From positions 14,310 through 78,309 of the forward strand of contig JAMXLJ010000093.1 of NCBI GenBank assembly GCA_024281095.1: a stretch of 64,000 nt of DNA, written 5' to 3'. The DNA comes from Acidimicrobiia bacterium. Its GTDB lineage: Bacteria; Actinomycetota; Acidimicrobiia; IMCC26256; JAMXLJ01. Below the pieces are notes generated by a model. It did no database searches. It was given only the letters and a program-made list of their open reading frames with translations, and was not told where the DNA came from. Positions 47,602-57,110 of this stretch are shown here, piece after piece. A program made the position numbers and the translations under genes. Position 1 is the first letter of the stretch, and each line of letters starts with the position of its first letter.

Positions 47602-49356
47602 TCAGAACTTCAGATCGGAGCGGCAGGCGACGCGCTCCGAAAGGTGTTGCAACTCGACCGCGTCGTCGGTCAACCACTCCTCGTACTGGTATGCGGTGAG
47701 GAGCGGCTGCTGGAGCGATACCACCAGAGCCTCGTGACCCTCGGCCGGGATCGCATAGCCCTGGAGCACCGTGTGCGCGAGATCGCGCGCTTCCTCGACG
47801 TCGAAGCGCGCGCCGGCAAGGTCGAGACGGATCACCGGGCCATCGCGCTCGAGCCGCCACGATTCGTCACCGAGCGCCCTTCGGATCTGCCAGAGCAGGG
47901 TGCGTACCCGCCCGGGCCACACCGAGGACGCGACGTTGGGCCACAGCCGCTCGGCGAGGGTCTCGCTGTTCACACCGTCGTCGCCGGCGAGAGCGAGGAT
48001 GAACACCGCCGCCTCAGCATGGCGCGTCGCGAACTTCACGGGCTTGTCACCGACGAGGATGCGTCCGCGCCCGAACGCGTCGATGCGTAGCGGCGTGTTG
48101 CTCGTCAGCAGGCGCCGGTACGCGGGATCCCGATCCATGAGTTCGATCGCGCGTCGCCTCCATTCCTCCCGGCGCTCCGTGTCGACGTCGGTCAGGAGAC
48201 GTGCGACGCAGGCCTGCACGTAGCGCGAGTGCGCCTCGGCGGCAAGGCCCAGCGCCTCGTTGAGCACGGCGCGCGCTTGGTTCAGCTGGCCCGCGTGTCG
48301 CCGACACTGTGCCAGCGCGAGCAGGATCCAGGCCCGCTCCATTGCGTTGGTGTCCTGCTCGAGAAGCGAGGTGAAACTGTGCGCCGCGGCGTCGAAGTTT
48401 CCCGAGTACAAATCGGCGATCGCGAGTGCCCGCCGGGCCCACCGCAACCAGAAGTCGTTGCGCATGACGTCGGAGAAGTAGTCGATGGCGAGGTTCGCGT
48501 CGGCCGTTGAGCGCGGCGCGTTCCACATCGCGCACGACTCCGCCCGCATGATCCGGATGATCCCGGTGAACCAATCGGTGCCGGCCGCCTGCGACATCCG
48601 CAGCGCGGAATCGAACATCGCCTCCGCGCTCGCGCGCCTGCTGCGCTGCGCGTACAGCACCCCGAGACCCGCCTCGACGAGCGCGGCCTCGAGCCGCTGA
48701 TCCGGATCGAGGATCTCGCAGTACACGCGCCGTGCGGTCGTGAGGAGCGTCTCCCCTCGGGCGAAGTCGCCCATCCACATGCTGAAGAACCCGAGATACA
48801 GCAGGCTGACGCCCTCGCCGCGGCGGTTGCGTCGCTGCCGCGCGAACGCGAGCGCGTGCTCCGCTGTCGCGAAGGCCTCGTGCACGCGCCCGTCTTGATA
48901 GGCGGCGAGCGCGAGATGCGCGAGCGCGACCTCGCTCAAGGGACCGCCGTCTTCGCCCAGGTACTCGCGCGCCTGTCGCCACCACTCCGCGGCTTCGCCG
49001 AAGTCACCCCGCCGTATCGCCGCCCTCGCACGCACGTACGCCACATGACCGAGCCCGCGTTCGTTTCCGTCGCGCCAGAACTCGTCTTCGGCGGACATGA
49101 GGAGGTGATCGAGAAGCTGATTGGTGCCGCCGGTCGGTGCTTGCAGCGCGGCAGCGGCGACCACCGAGCCCCACGGATGACCGTCGAGATCCCTCAGGTC
49201 CAGCCCCGTGAGCCAGGGCGCGACGCTCTCAGGACGCCCCGCGGCGATGAGGTCGGGCGCGAGACGGTCGAGCTCCTCGAGGACGTCTTCGCGTGCACGC
49301 TCGTCTGCGTCCGGCAGCACCGGCGGCATCACCTCGTCCTGGCTCTCGGAATCCAT
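47602..49356 (-). CDS. TPR-rich regulator with a C-terminal SARP-type winged-helix domain
   Basis: Helical TPR-like repeats; LRIDAFG...LAERLWP...VRTLLWQIRRALG SARP-like motif. Confidence 0.7.
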   Translation of the reverse strand: MDSESQDEVMPPVLPDADERAREDVLEELDRLAPDLIAAGRPESVAPWLTGLDLRDLDGHPWGSVVAAAALQAPTGGTNQLLDHLLMSAEDEFWRDGNERGLGHVAYVRARAAIRRGDFGEAAEWWRQAREYLGEDGGPLSEVALAHLALAAYQDGRVHEAFATAEHALAFARQRRNRRGEGVSLLYLGFFSMWMGDFARGETLLTTARRVYCEILDPDQRLEAALVEAGLGVLYAQRSRRASAEAMFDSALRMSQAAGTDWFTGIIRIMRAESCAMWNAPRSTADANLAIDYFSDVMRNDFWLRWARRALAIADLYSGNFDAAAHSFTSLLEQDTNAMERAWILLALAQCRRHAGQLNQARAVLNEALGLAAEAHSRYVQACVARLLTDVDTERREEWRRRAIELMDRDPAYRRLLTSNTPLRIDAFGRGRILVGDKPVKFATRHAEAAVFILALAGDDGVNSETLAERLWPNVASSVWPGRVRTLLWQIRRALGDESWRLERDGPVIRLDLAGARFDVEEARDLAHTVLQGYAIPAEGHEALVVSLQQPLLTAYQYEEWLTDDAVELQHLSERVACRSDLKF

Positions 49357-49538
49357 CCCGTCAACACCCTGACGAGGCGTTCAGGATCGACGTTCGGCTG
49401 CGCTGAGCACTGCGCCGACGGCCGGACCGGCATCGTGCGGGCCTGCCGCCTCATCGGCTGGCTCCGATCGCTGACGAAATCCCACGGGCACAATCCACTC
49501 GGTTCGCCTGACACAGCCGTCAATGGGTCTGAGGGGTC

Positions 49539-49565
49539 GGGGTGGCGTGCAGCGCACGCCACCCC
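49539..49565. promoter_or_regulatory. Perfect 12-bp hairpin in a long divergent intergenic region
   Basis: GGGGTGGCGTGC-AGC-GCACGCCACCCC. Confidence 0.5.
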
Positions 49566-49651
49566 CGGTCCCTCCTGCCCGCCGCCCAGATGCCCACATG
49601 ACCATGCCCGTCTCCGGGCTTCATCGGTAATGCAAGAACTTTCCCGCTTCA

Positions 49652-49680
49652 CGTCAAAGTCGCGTCAAAGAGCACGTCAG
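49652..49680. promoter_or_regulatory. Direct-repeat operator candidate
   Basis: CGTCAAAG at 49652 and 49663 (11-bp period); CGTCAG at 49675. Confidence 0.45.
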
Positions 49681-49900
49681 CGGCGCGCAGGGGCGGGCGC
49701 ACATGCAGGTCCACGTTGGCCCAGCATTCCCGACATGGCGCCCGCGCGCATCTCGGCGGGCCACATCTCCGCATATTGCGATTTCCCCGCAGTACCCCGT
49801 CGGGGGATCGGCGCTCTCCCGGCGGGCGCGACAGGTCGGGCCATCGGAGCGAGGGGCACAATGCCCGGTACGAGTGCCCGGTCACGGAAGGGAGTCGGAG

Positions 49901-50299
49901 GTGCGGGTTCGCGGTGTGGTGCTCGTCGCGGCGATGCTGCTCGCGGCCTGCCGCTCGTACGACCACGGCTATCGCAGCAACGTGCGGCGCTTCTTCACCC
50001 GCGCGACGGCGCTCCACCTCTCGACGCCGCCGCACGCGGTGATGCGGGCCAATCTCGACAACCGGAACCCGTGTTCGTACAACGCGCACCTCAGCGATCA
50101 GCTCGGCCGCGACGGGACGTACTTCTCGAACCTCACCACCGGCCTGTCGGCAACTGACGCGTTCGCGGTCACAGCACTCGAGGTCGCGGTGTTCTGTCCG
50201 GGTCGCTATCGCGAGCTCAAGAAGTTCGCGACACGCGCGGGATACGTCCTTCCGAACCGTCGGTGCATGGCGCGCCGCTGCGCGGACCCGGTGACGTAG
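49901..50299 (+). CDS. Small lipoprotein (DUF732-like)
   Basis: GGGAG RBS, LAAC lipobox, C...AVFCP cysteine pair. Confidence 0.6.
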   Translation: MRVRGVVLVAAMLLAACRSYDHGYRSNVRRFFTRATALHLSTPPHAVMRANLDNRNPCSYNAHLSDQLGRDGTYFSNLTTGLSATDAFAVTALEVAVFCPGRYRELKKFATRAGYVLPNRRCMARRCADPVT

Positions 50300-50381
50300 G
50301 ACTCCACCCCGCCGGCGAATCGCGGCTACACGATCGAAACCGAGGGAGCCGGAAGAACAGGCAGCGGAGGGAGCCGGAGAA

Positions 50382-51293
50382 ATGGTCGAGATCACCGCAC
50401 CTCGTGTCGAAGGCACGGTCACCGTCGCATCCGGACGCCACTACGGCTTCGCGGAATTCGGCCCCGCGAACGGACGCCCGATCGTGTGGATGCACGGAAC
50501 GCCGGGAGCGCGCCGGCAGATCCCCGAGACCGCGCGGCTCGCGGCCGCCGAGCTCGGGTTGCGCATCGTCGGCATCGACCGCGCGGGGGTGGGCGCCTCG
50601 AGCGCGCACCTGCACAACAGCCTGCTCGACGCGGCGGCCGAGATCGGCGAGGTCACGGAGCAACTCGGCCTCGATCGATTCGCGATGATCGGACTGTCCG
50701 GCGGCGGTCCGTACGTCCTCGCGTCGTGCTACCTCGCTCCCGACCGGATCGCGGTCGCCGCCATCCTCGGAGGAATGGCGCCGGTCGCCGATCCCGACGC
50801 CGCGGAGGGGGGCGTGATCAACCGTTTGTCCGCGGCGGCACCGCTCGTCGCGCGTCTGCGGATGCCGTTGTCGATGCTCTTGACGGCAGGGTTGTGGAGC
50901 TTGCGCCCGCTCGCGTCGCAGGTGTTCGACCTCTACGCGCGTCTCTCGCCCGAAGGCGATCGCCGTGTCTTCGAGCGACCTGAAGTGAAGGCGATGTTCC
51001 TCGACGACCTGCTGCGTGGGAGCCGCACCGGCCTCGCCGCGCTGTTCTACGACTTCGTCCTGATCTCACGACCGTGGGGCTTCTCGCCGCGCGACGTCAA
51101 GGTCCCGGTCCGGTGGTGGCACGGCGACGCCGACAACCTCGTCCCGCTGCGGCACGGCGAGCACATGGTGTCGCTCATTCCCGATGCCGAGCTGTCCATC
51201 CGGCCAGGAGAGAGCCACCTCGGCGGCCTGGGCGCGGCCGAAGAGGTGCTGTCGACGCTGCTGAGGGTGTGGGACGACGCGAACGTGCGCTGA
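50382..51293 (+). CDS. Alpha/beta fold hydrolase
   Basis: HGTPG, GLSGGGPY, WHGDAD, ESH. Confidence 0.9.
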   Translation: MVEITAPRVEGTVTVASGRHYGFAEFGPANGRPIVWMHGTPGARRQIPETARLAAAELGLRIVGIDRAGVGASSAHLHNSLLDAAAEIGEVTEQLGLDRFAMIGLSGGGPYVLASCYLAPDRIAVAAILGGMAPVADPDAAEGGVINRLSAAAPLVARLRMPLSMLLTAGLWSLRPLASQVFDLYARLSPEGDRRVFERPEVKAMFLDDLLRGSRTGLAALFYDFVLISRPWGFSPRDVKVPVRWWHGDADNLVPLRHGEHMVSLIPDAELSIRPGESHLGGLGAAEEVLSTLLRVWDDANVR

Positions 51294-51302
51294 GCGCGTG
51301 GT

Positions 51303-51923
51303 TCAGCGGCCCCAGTAGGCCTCGGCCGCGGTGGCGACGACCTCGACACACCCGTCGAGCGGGATCGCGGTCGAGTCGAGCACCAGGTGGTACATCGCCG
51401 GGTCGGACGGATCGCATCCGTACAGGCGGCTGACGTAGCGCGTGCGGGCGCGGTCGGTGTCGACCTGCCGCGCCTGCGCCGTTTCGCGGTCCACCTCTTC
51501 GATCTGGATCGCCTGTGCGAGCCGCCGGTCGGACGGCCCGTCGAGGCGCACGTGAAACGCTCCCGCTTGACGGCGCAGCACGATGGCGGCCGCGCGACCG
51601 AGGATGACGCCGCCCGGTCCACGCGCGATCCGTTGGATGGATTCCTCGACGAGGTTGCGGACCTGATCGCCGAAGTCCTCGGCATCCGGGACCGGGAGAC
51701 CGAAGCCGCTCCCCAGGCTGGCCAGGCGAACGAGCAACGAGCCGCGCGCGAGCTGCTGGCGTTCGTCGGACGCCAATTGCTCCCCCGCGTCATCGCGATA
51801 GGGACGATCGGCAGCCGGGATGAGGCGGTCGGCAAACGGCAGCCCGAGCCGCTCTGCCACACCCGGCGCGACGATGCTTCCACCCGCGCCGTAGGTCGCC
51901 GAGACCGTGACGACACGGCACAC
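51303..51923 (-). CDS. Cytidylate kinase-like family protein
   Basis: VTVSATYGAGGS P-loop, GVILGRAA, DRAR..Y...Y..DP.DP.MYHLVLDS; AGGAGA RBS. Confidence 0.85.
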   Translation of the reverse strand: MCRVVTVSATYGAGGSIVAPGVAERLGLPFADRLIPAADRPYRDDAGEQLASDERQQLARGSLLVRLASLGSGFGLPVPDAEDFGDQVRNLVEESIQRIARGPGGVILGRAAAIVLRRQAGAFHVRLDGPSDRRLAQAIQIEEVDRETAQARQVDTDRARTRYVSRLYGCDPSDPAMYHLVLDSTAIPLDGCVEVVATAAEAYWGR

Positions 51924-52297
51924 CGACCGATCTCCTGCAGCCATCAGCGCGTCCGCTCCGAAGTGCCGGCACCGACGGGCGCGACCGTAGACCCGGCGGG
52001 TCGGCCACGAGCGCCATGCCCGCGGCCCGGTCGAAGGTGGACCGAAGCCCCCTGTCCAGGGCTTCGCGTCCACGCCGTCGCGGCGAGCGACCGGCGGTCA
52101 CTGACGCCACCGAGGTGCGTATCGGAACGCGGGCGCCGTCGGCTTGAGCCCGGGGTACGGGGCGTCGGGCCAAATCGTCCGGGAGGATGATTTGCCGCCT
52201 GCAGATCTGGACTTTCCGTCCAAATTGCCTAAACTGCCCCTTCAGTGCACACCGGGCTGCGCGCCCGACCGTGCCTGGCGGGGGCACAGGAGGAATC

Positions 52298-52591
52298 ATG
52301 TCGAGAACAAGGGTCGCCTCGGTGGTCGCCGGGCTGTGCCTCGCGGGAGCAACAGCGCTCCTCGCGACGCCGGCGGGTGCGGCGAACTACCCGAACGGCG
52401 GGTCCACGCCGACGACCGTGACGGTCGAGGGCAAGACGCTGACCGCACCCGCGGCCGCCGTGCACGACCCGGGCCAGTCGCTGCCGTTCACCGGTGGCGA
52501 CGTCGCCGGTCTGGCCGGCATCGGCCTCGGGGCCGTTGCCGTCGGCGCGGCACTGGTGGGCAAGGGCCGGCGCGGCCGCGCGAAGGCCTGA
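52298..52591 (+). CDS. Small secreted protein with an LPxTG-like (LPFTG) sorting signal
   Basis: AGGAGG RBS, signal peptide, LPFTG followed by a hydrophobic helix and the basic tail KGRRGRAKA. Confidence 0.75.
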   Translation: MSRTRVASVVAGLCLAGATALLATPAGAANYPNGGSTPTTVTVEGKTLTAPAAAVHDPGQSLPFTGGDVAGLAGIGLGAVAVGAALVGKGRRGRAKA

Positions 52592-52607
52592 GCCGCACCA
52601 CGGGCGC

Positions 52608-53615
52608 TCAGTCGCCGAGGGCCTGAAGCTCCTCGGCGAGGCCTTCGTAATGGGAGTCCTCGCCGAGTATCCGCTCGAGGTCCCGACGCGCGAGCGCGCG
52701 CTTGCCTTCCGCTTCGTACGTCCGCGCCCGTTCGAGGAGTGCACGGTGGCGGATCACCGGCGCGCGTTTGCGCGACGTCAGGGCCTCCGCGAACGCCTCG
52801 CGCGACGCGTCCGGCAAACCCTGTTCGCGCAACGCGATGCCGCGGAACACGCACAGCAGCGCGGTCGCGTCGTCACGGTTCTCGACCCCCGAGGTGATCT
52901 CGACGATCTCGTCGTAACGCGCCGCGCGCGCGTACAGCTCCGCCAGGGACAGCGCGGTGTACGTCGTGGGCTCGAGTGCCTCGACCACGTTGATCGCGTC
53001 GTCGAGTTCGCCGTCGAGCTCGTGCAGCTCCGCGAGAGCGAGACCCACGGAGTCGCGATCGAGCCCGAGATCCGCAATCGCACCGGCCACGATCTCGAGC
53101 CGGAAGTGGAACGACACGTACTTTGTGATGAACGGATCGGCAGCGGGATCCTTGCCGCTTGCGAACACCCACGCGAGCAACGTCTTGGCGCGTGCACGAT
53201 CCCCTGACGACAACTTCAGTACCCCACTGATGGTCGCGGCAGCAAGCGCGAGGCTCGGTTCATCCTGCGTGATGCGTTCCATCGCCGCGACGTCGCGCGT
53301 CTGCACCGCTCGATAGAGATCCTTCTCTGCACGCGGCGCGAACATCCCGGGCCTGACGGGGCGCGGCGCGGGCGGTGCGGGCAGCGGTGAGCGGCGAGGC
53401 AGCGTTCGCCGCGACGCCGCGCGCGAGGCACTTCCGTGCGTCGTCACGTACGACATGCCGGTGCCGGGAACCGACACCGTGCGCTGCGTTCGACCGTCGG
53501 CGCGCTTCGTGACGCGATATCCCTTCACGCCGACGGAGTATCCGATTCCGCTCTTCGAGAAGGTCATGCGTACGCCGGGCACGAGCGTGATCGATTTCCG
53601 CAGGCGAAACCCCAA
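52608..53615 (-). CDS. DUF4236 domain + TPR protein
   Basis: GFRLRKSITLVPGVRMTFSKSG...S.PGTG.SY N-domain, TPR-like C-terminus; TTG start with a GAGGAGG RBS. Confidence 0.8.
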   Translation of the reverse strand: MGFRLRKSITLVPGVRMTFSKSGIGYSVGVKGYRVTKRADGRTQRTVSVPGTGMSYVTTHGSASRAASRRTLPRRSPLPAPPAPRPVRPGMFAPRAEKDLYRAVQTRDVAAMERITQDEPSLALAAATISGVLKLSSGDRARAKTLLAWVFASGKDPAADPFITKYVSFHFRLEIVAGAIADLGLDRDSVGLALAELHELDGELDDAINVVEALEPTTYTALSLAELYARAARYDEIVEITSGVENRDDATALLCVFRGIALREQGLPDASREAFAEALTSRKRAPVIRHRALLERARTYEAEGKRALARRDLERILGEDSHYEGLAEELQALGD

Positions 53616-53797
53616 CGCGTCCTCCTCTCCACGAGCACCGGTCGAACACCCCTGTGACGAGGGCATTTCCCGCGGGAATCGTTTTCCGAGCCGCGTGTAC
53701 TCGCCGAAACCACCGATTCGTAACCCGTTCGCCGGGTTCGAGCTACCCCATGCCGCTACGTTAAGCAAGAAGCTTGCCGACGAGGAGTGTGCCGAGC

Positions 53798-54373
53798 GTG
53801 CCGAGCTTCTTGCGCAGTAGCCGTCCGCGACTTGTGGTTCTCCTGCTTGCGTGCCTCGTGTTCGCGGCCGCGTGTGCGAGGCCCATTCGGATCACGCACA
53901 GCGCGGGCGCGCCCGGTCTCCCCGGAACCGCGACGGAGCGGCAGATCGAGCTCGATTTGCTCGACCGGGTGAACATGGAGCGCGCGGCGCGCGGGTTGAA
54001 CCGCGTCACGCTCGACCCGAACCTTGCGAACAATGCGTACGCGTGGTCGTTCACGATGGCCGCGCAGAACAGCATGTACCACAGCAACTTGTTGACCTGG
54101 ATCTCTCCGTACGTCGCCGTCGCCGAGAACATCGCCTGGGAAACCTCTCCCCCGATGACCGCGGGCGACATGCACGTGATGTGGATGCGCAGTGACCCCC
54201 ACCGCCACAACGTGCTCGCTCCGAACCTGACGCACATCGGGATCGGGGTGGCGTGCGTCAACGGCAGGATGTGGGGCACCGAGCGGTTCGGTTCCACCTG
54301 GTCGCCCGATTTCGGTGCCCTTCCGCCGGTGAGCCCGATCGTGCGGGCCGACCGCGGCGCGCTGGCCTGCTGA
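53798..54373 (+). CDS. CAP (SCP) domain lipoprotein
   Basis: AAAC lipobox, VNMERAARGL, MYHS, AENIA, WMRSDPHRHNVL, HIGIGV. Confidence 0.87.
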   Translation: MPSFLRSSRPRLVVLLLACLVFAAACARPIRITHSAGAPGLPGTATERQIELDLLDRVNMERAARGLNRVTLDPNLANNAYAWSFTMAAQNSMYHSNLLTWISPYVAVAENIAWETSPPMTAGDMHVMWMRSDPHRHNVLAPNLTHIGIGVACVNGRMWGTERFGSTWSPDFGALPPVSPIVRADRGALAC

Positions 54374-54553
54374 TGCCGGCCGGTGCACCCGTCGCGGTCC
54401 CGGCATAGGGTTCTCGCGCACGTGCCACTGGTTCGGAGGCCCGCTCTCCAGCGGGTTCGCAATCCACTGGGCGTCCCGGCCGTATGAGTTCTGTACGGCC
54501 GGTCACGTTGCAGTCATCGACCGAGCCGGGGTCCGACGAGGAGGAATGGCGAC

Positions 54554-55108
54554 GTGATCAGAACCCGAATCGTGCCGGGCGCGGCCGTGGCGGCCGCGGT
54601 GCTGGCTCTCGCGGCGTGCGGGTCCTCGGGCGGCTCGAAGTCGTCCGGCACCACGAGCACGACGGCCGGATCGTCGGCGACCTCGCAGACATCGGCCGCT
54701 TCCGGCACGCCCGCCTTGAAGACGGCGAGCAACGCGAAGTTCGGCACGATCGTCGTCGACGCCGACGGCCGCACGGTGTACACGCTCACGAAGAACGGGC
54801 AGGCGGTCGCCTGCACAGGTCAGTGCGTGTCGGTGTGGCCGCCGGTGATCCTGCCGACGGGGCAGACGACGGCGACCGGCACGGGCGTCAGCGATGTCGG
54901 CACGGCTCCGGCAGCAGGCGGCGGCACCCAGGTCACCCAGGGCGGATTGCCGCTCTACCGGTTTGCCGGCGACTCGGGGCCGGCCGACGCGAAGGGTGAC
55001 GGCATCTCGAGCTTCGGCGGCGTGTGGCACGTCGTGAAGGTCGGCGGCGGCGCGAGCGGCGCGGGCGGCGCGAGCTCCTCGAGCACCGGGTCCGGGCTCG
55101 GCTACTGA
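54554..55108 (+). CDS. Secreted lipoprotein with Yx(FWY)xxD repeats (COG4315-like)
   Basis: LAAC lipobox, GRTVY, C.G.C..VWPP, PLYRFAGD..P.D.KGDG, GGVW. Confidence 0.85.
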   Translation: MIRTRIVPGAAVAAAVLALAACGSSGGSKSSGTTSTTAGSSATSQTSAASGTPALKTASNAKFGTIVVDADGRTVYTLTKNGQAVACTGQCVSVWPPVILPTGQTTATGTGVSDVGTAPAAGGGTQVTQGGLPLYRFAGDSGPADAKGDGISSFGGVWHVVKVGGGASGAGGASSSSTGSGLGY

Positions 55109-55111
55109 TCG

Positions 55112-55927
55112 TCAGTCGCCCGCGACCGTCTGCTCGTGGCCGGCCGGCGCCGGTGTGAGATCGGCCGCGGTCAACGACGTCTCGAGCCGGCCGATCGTGA
55201 AGTGCTGCGCCTGCAGCAGCGAGACGAGACGGATCAGGTCGTCGTAGAGCGTCGGTCGCCAGTGCAGCAGGATGATGTCACCCGAACGGAAGTGGCCGCC
55301 CTGGATCGCGAGGTGGCCGTCGAGCATCGTCGCCCGCCAGAGCACCACCGCGCGCAGACCGCACGACGCGGCCGCCCAACGCGTCGCGCCGTCGTAGTCG
55401 CCGTAGGGCGGCCGGAACAGCGTCGGGCGCGTGCCGAACAACTTCGTGTACTCGTCGAGCACGCCGCACACCTCGTGCACCTGTCCATGAAGATCGAGAT
55501 GCCGCAGGTTGGGATGCGTGATCGTGTGGTCCTCGATCGTCGCGCCCGCGGCCTGCAGCTGCTGCCAGTACGCGCGTCCCGCGATCGCCGGCGTGCGCAC
55601 GAGGAACGCGGTGATCGGCAGGTGGAGAAACCGCACGAGCCCGATGACTCTGGGGTCGCGGGTGAAGCCGTCGTCGATCGTGATGAACACCACGGGCGCG
55701 GTCGTCTTCACCTGACCGACCACGGGTGCGAGCGGCCCGGGCGGCAGCGTGGTGGTCGTGGTCGGCGGCGCGGTGCTCGCCGTCGTCGTCACGGCGCTCG
55801 AGTCGCTGGGATGCGAACCGACCGCCCCGGCCCGGCGCGCGTGATGACTGCTCGACGTGCTGCACGCGGCGGCGATGCAACAAGCCGTTACAAGCAACAC
55901 CGCGATCTGGTGGAGCGGCCGGCGCAC
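55112..55927 (-). CDS. Polysaccharide deacetylase (CE4/NodB) lipoprotein
   Basis: FITIDDG, DHTITHPNL, LFRPPYG, DIILLH; AAAC lipobox. Confidence 0.9.
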   Translation of the reverse strand: MRRPLHQIAVLLVTACCIAAACSTSSSHHARRAGAVGSHPSDSSAVTTTASTAPPTTTTTLPPGPLAPVVGQVKTTAPVVFITIDDGFTRDPRVIGLVRFLHLPITAFLVRTPAIAGRAYWQQLQAAGATIEDHTITHPNLRHLDLHGQVHEVCGVLDEYTKLFGTRPTLFRPPYGDYDGATRWAAASCGLRAVVLWRATMLDGHLAIQGGHFRSGDIILLHWRPTLYDDLIRLVSLLQAQHFTIGRLETSLTAADLTPAPAGHEQTVAGD

Positions 55928-56027
55928 CTCGGCATTGTGCCCGCCCGGCCGCGAGCCCGACGCCTACGCTGTTCCTACCTGGCGTGATGCACAACATGCC
56001 CGGCCCGGGGGCTCGAAGGAGACAACC

Positions 56028-57110
56028 ATGATCCTGGAGCAGCTCGAGACCTCGGCGGCCGAATTCGAACGGGCGACGGGGTGGGCGTTGAAGCGCGAAG
56101 GCGCATGCAAGGGCACCGTCTGCGTGCCGCTCCCCCCGCGCGTCCACGCGGGCTCGCCCGGTAACGAGCGCGTCGACGTCGAGGCGGTCGCGGGACGCCT
56201 CGGGATGCCACTCGTTCACGACGACGTCGCGGGGGTCTGGGCGCTCGGGCCCGAGAGCGCGATCACGGGTCGCGCGCTCACCACCGCTGCGGCGCCCGAC
56301 CTCGAGCTTCCCGACTTCGACGGTAACCCGTTCCGTCTGTCGAGCCTTCTCGGCCAGAAGGTGTTGCTCGTGTCGTGGGCGTCGTGGTGAGGATGTCGTG
56401 AAGACCTGCCCGGGTGGCAGGCGTTGCGTGAGGAGCTCCATCCGTACGGGCTCGAGATCGTGACCGTCGCGCTCGACACCGCGGGAGGCGATGCCGCGCG
56501 ACCGTTCGTCGAGAAGGCGGCGCCGCGGCACCCGTCCTTGCTCGACCAGGCGCACTCGGTCGACGCGGCATTCGGTGTCGTGAACGTACCGAACGGCGTG
56601 TGGATCGACGAGCACGGGATGATCGTGCGTCCCGCCGAGCCTGCATTCCCCGGCCGAAACCCCGTGACGGCAAAGTTCCGTGAGATGAGTCTCGACGGCC
56701 TCCCCGACGACGTCGCCGACATGCTGCGCGAGGTGAAGAAATTCCGCACCGACCCCGACGGCTACGTGGCAATGGTGCGCGACTGGGTCACGCGTGGCTC
56801 GGAGAGCCCGTACGCGCTCGGTCCCGAAGCGGTGATCGAGCGTTCGCAGCCGCGCTCCCTCGACACGGCGCGCGCCGCGGCCCACTTCGAGCTCGGGCAA
56901 CATTTCCACCGGGGCGGCGACCACGGGCGGGCCGTCGTGCACTGGCGCGAGGCCCATCGCCTCCAACCGGAGAACTGGACCTACAAGCGCCAGGCGTGGA
57001 ACTTCGAGGACCCGGTGCGACAGGGCCCGACCGACGTTTACGACAGCTGCTGGATCGCCGACGTGAAGCGGTTCGGCGCCGAGAACTACTACCCGCCCGT
57101 CGTGCCCTGA
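56028..57110 (+). CDS. Probable selenoprotein: TlpA/ResA-like thioredoxin-fold protein with WASW-U-GC (Sec at codon 121, TGA 56388-56390)
   Basis: AAGGAG RBS. ORFs 55857-56390 and 56424-57110 share one frame and join across a single TGA into APDLELPD..G....LSSLLGQKVLLVSWASW*GCREDLP..., a continuous redoxin domain. Confidence 0.85.
56391..56425 (+). promoter_or_regulatory. Bacterial SECIS-like hairpin
   Basis: CCTGCC(56405-10)-CGGGT-GGCAGG(56416-21); G-containing apical loop about 20 nt after the UGA. Confidence 0.65.

Noticed and set aside
52608-53615. Prophage or island around the DUF4236 gene
   Set aside because: No integrase, att site, tRNA or phage gene nearby; the composition shift is slight and was not measured.
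56388-56390. Pseudogene or nonsense mutation in the redoxin gene
   Set aside because: The stop is TGA, sits at the catalytic Cys position and is followed by a SECIS-like hairpin. Both halves are otherwise intact, so Sec recoding is the simpler explanation.
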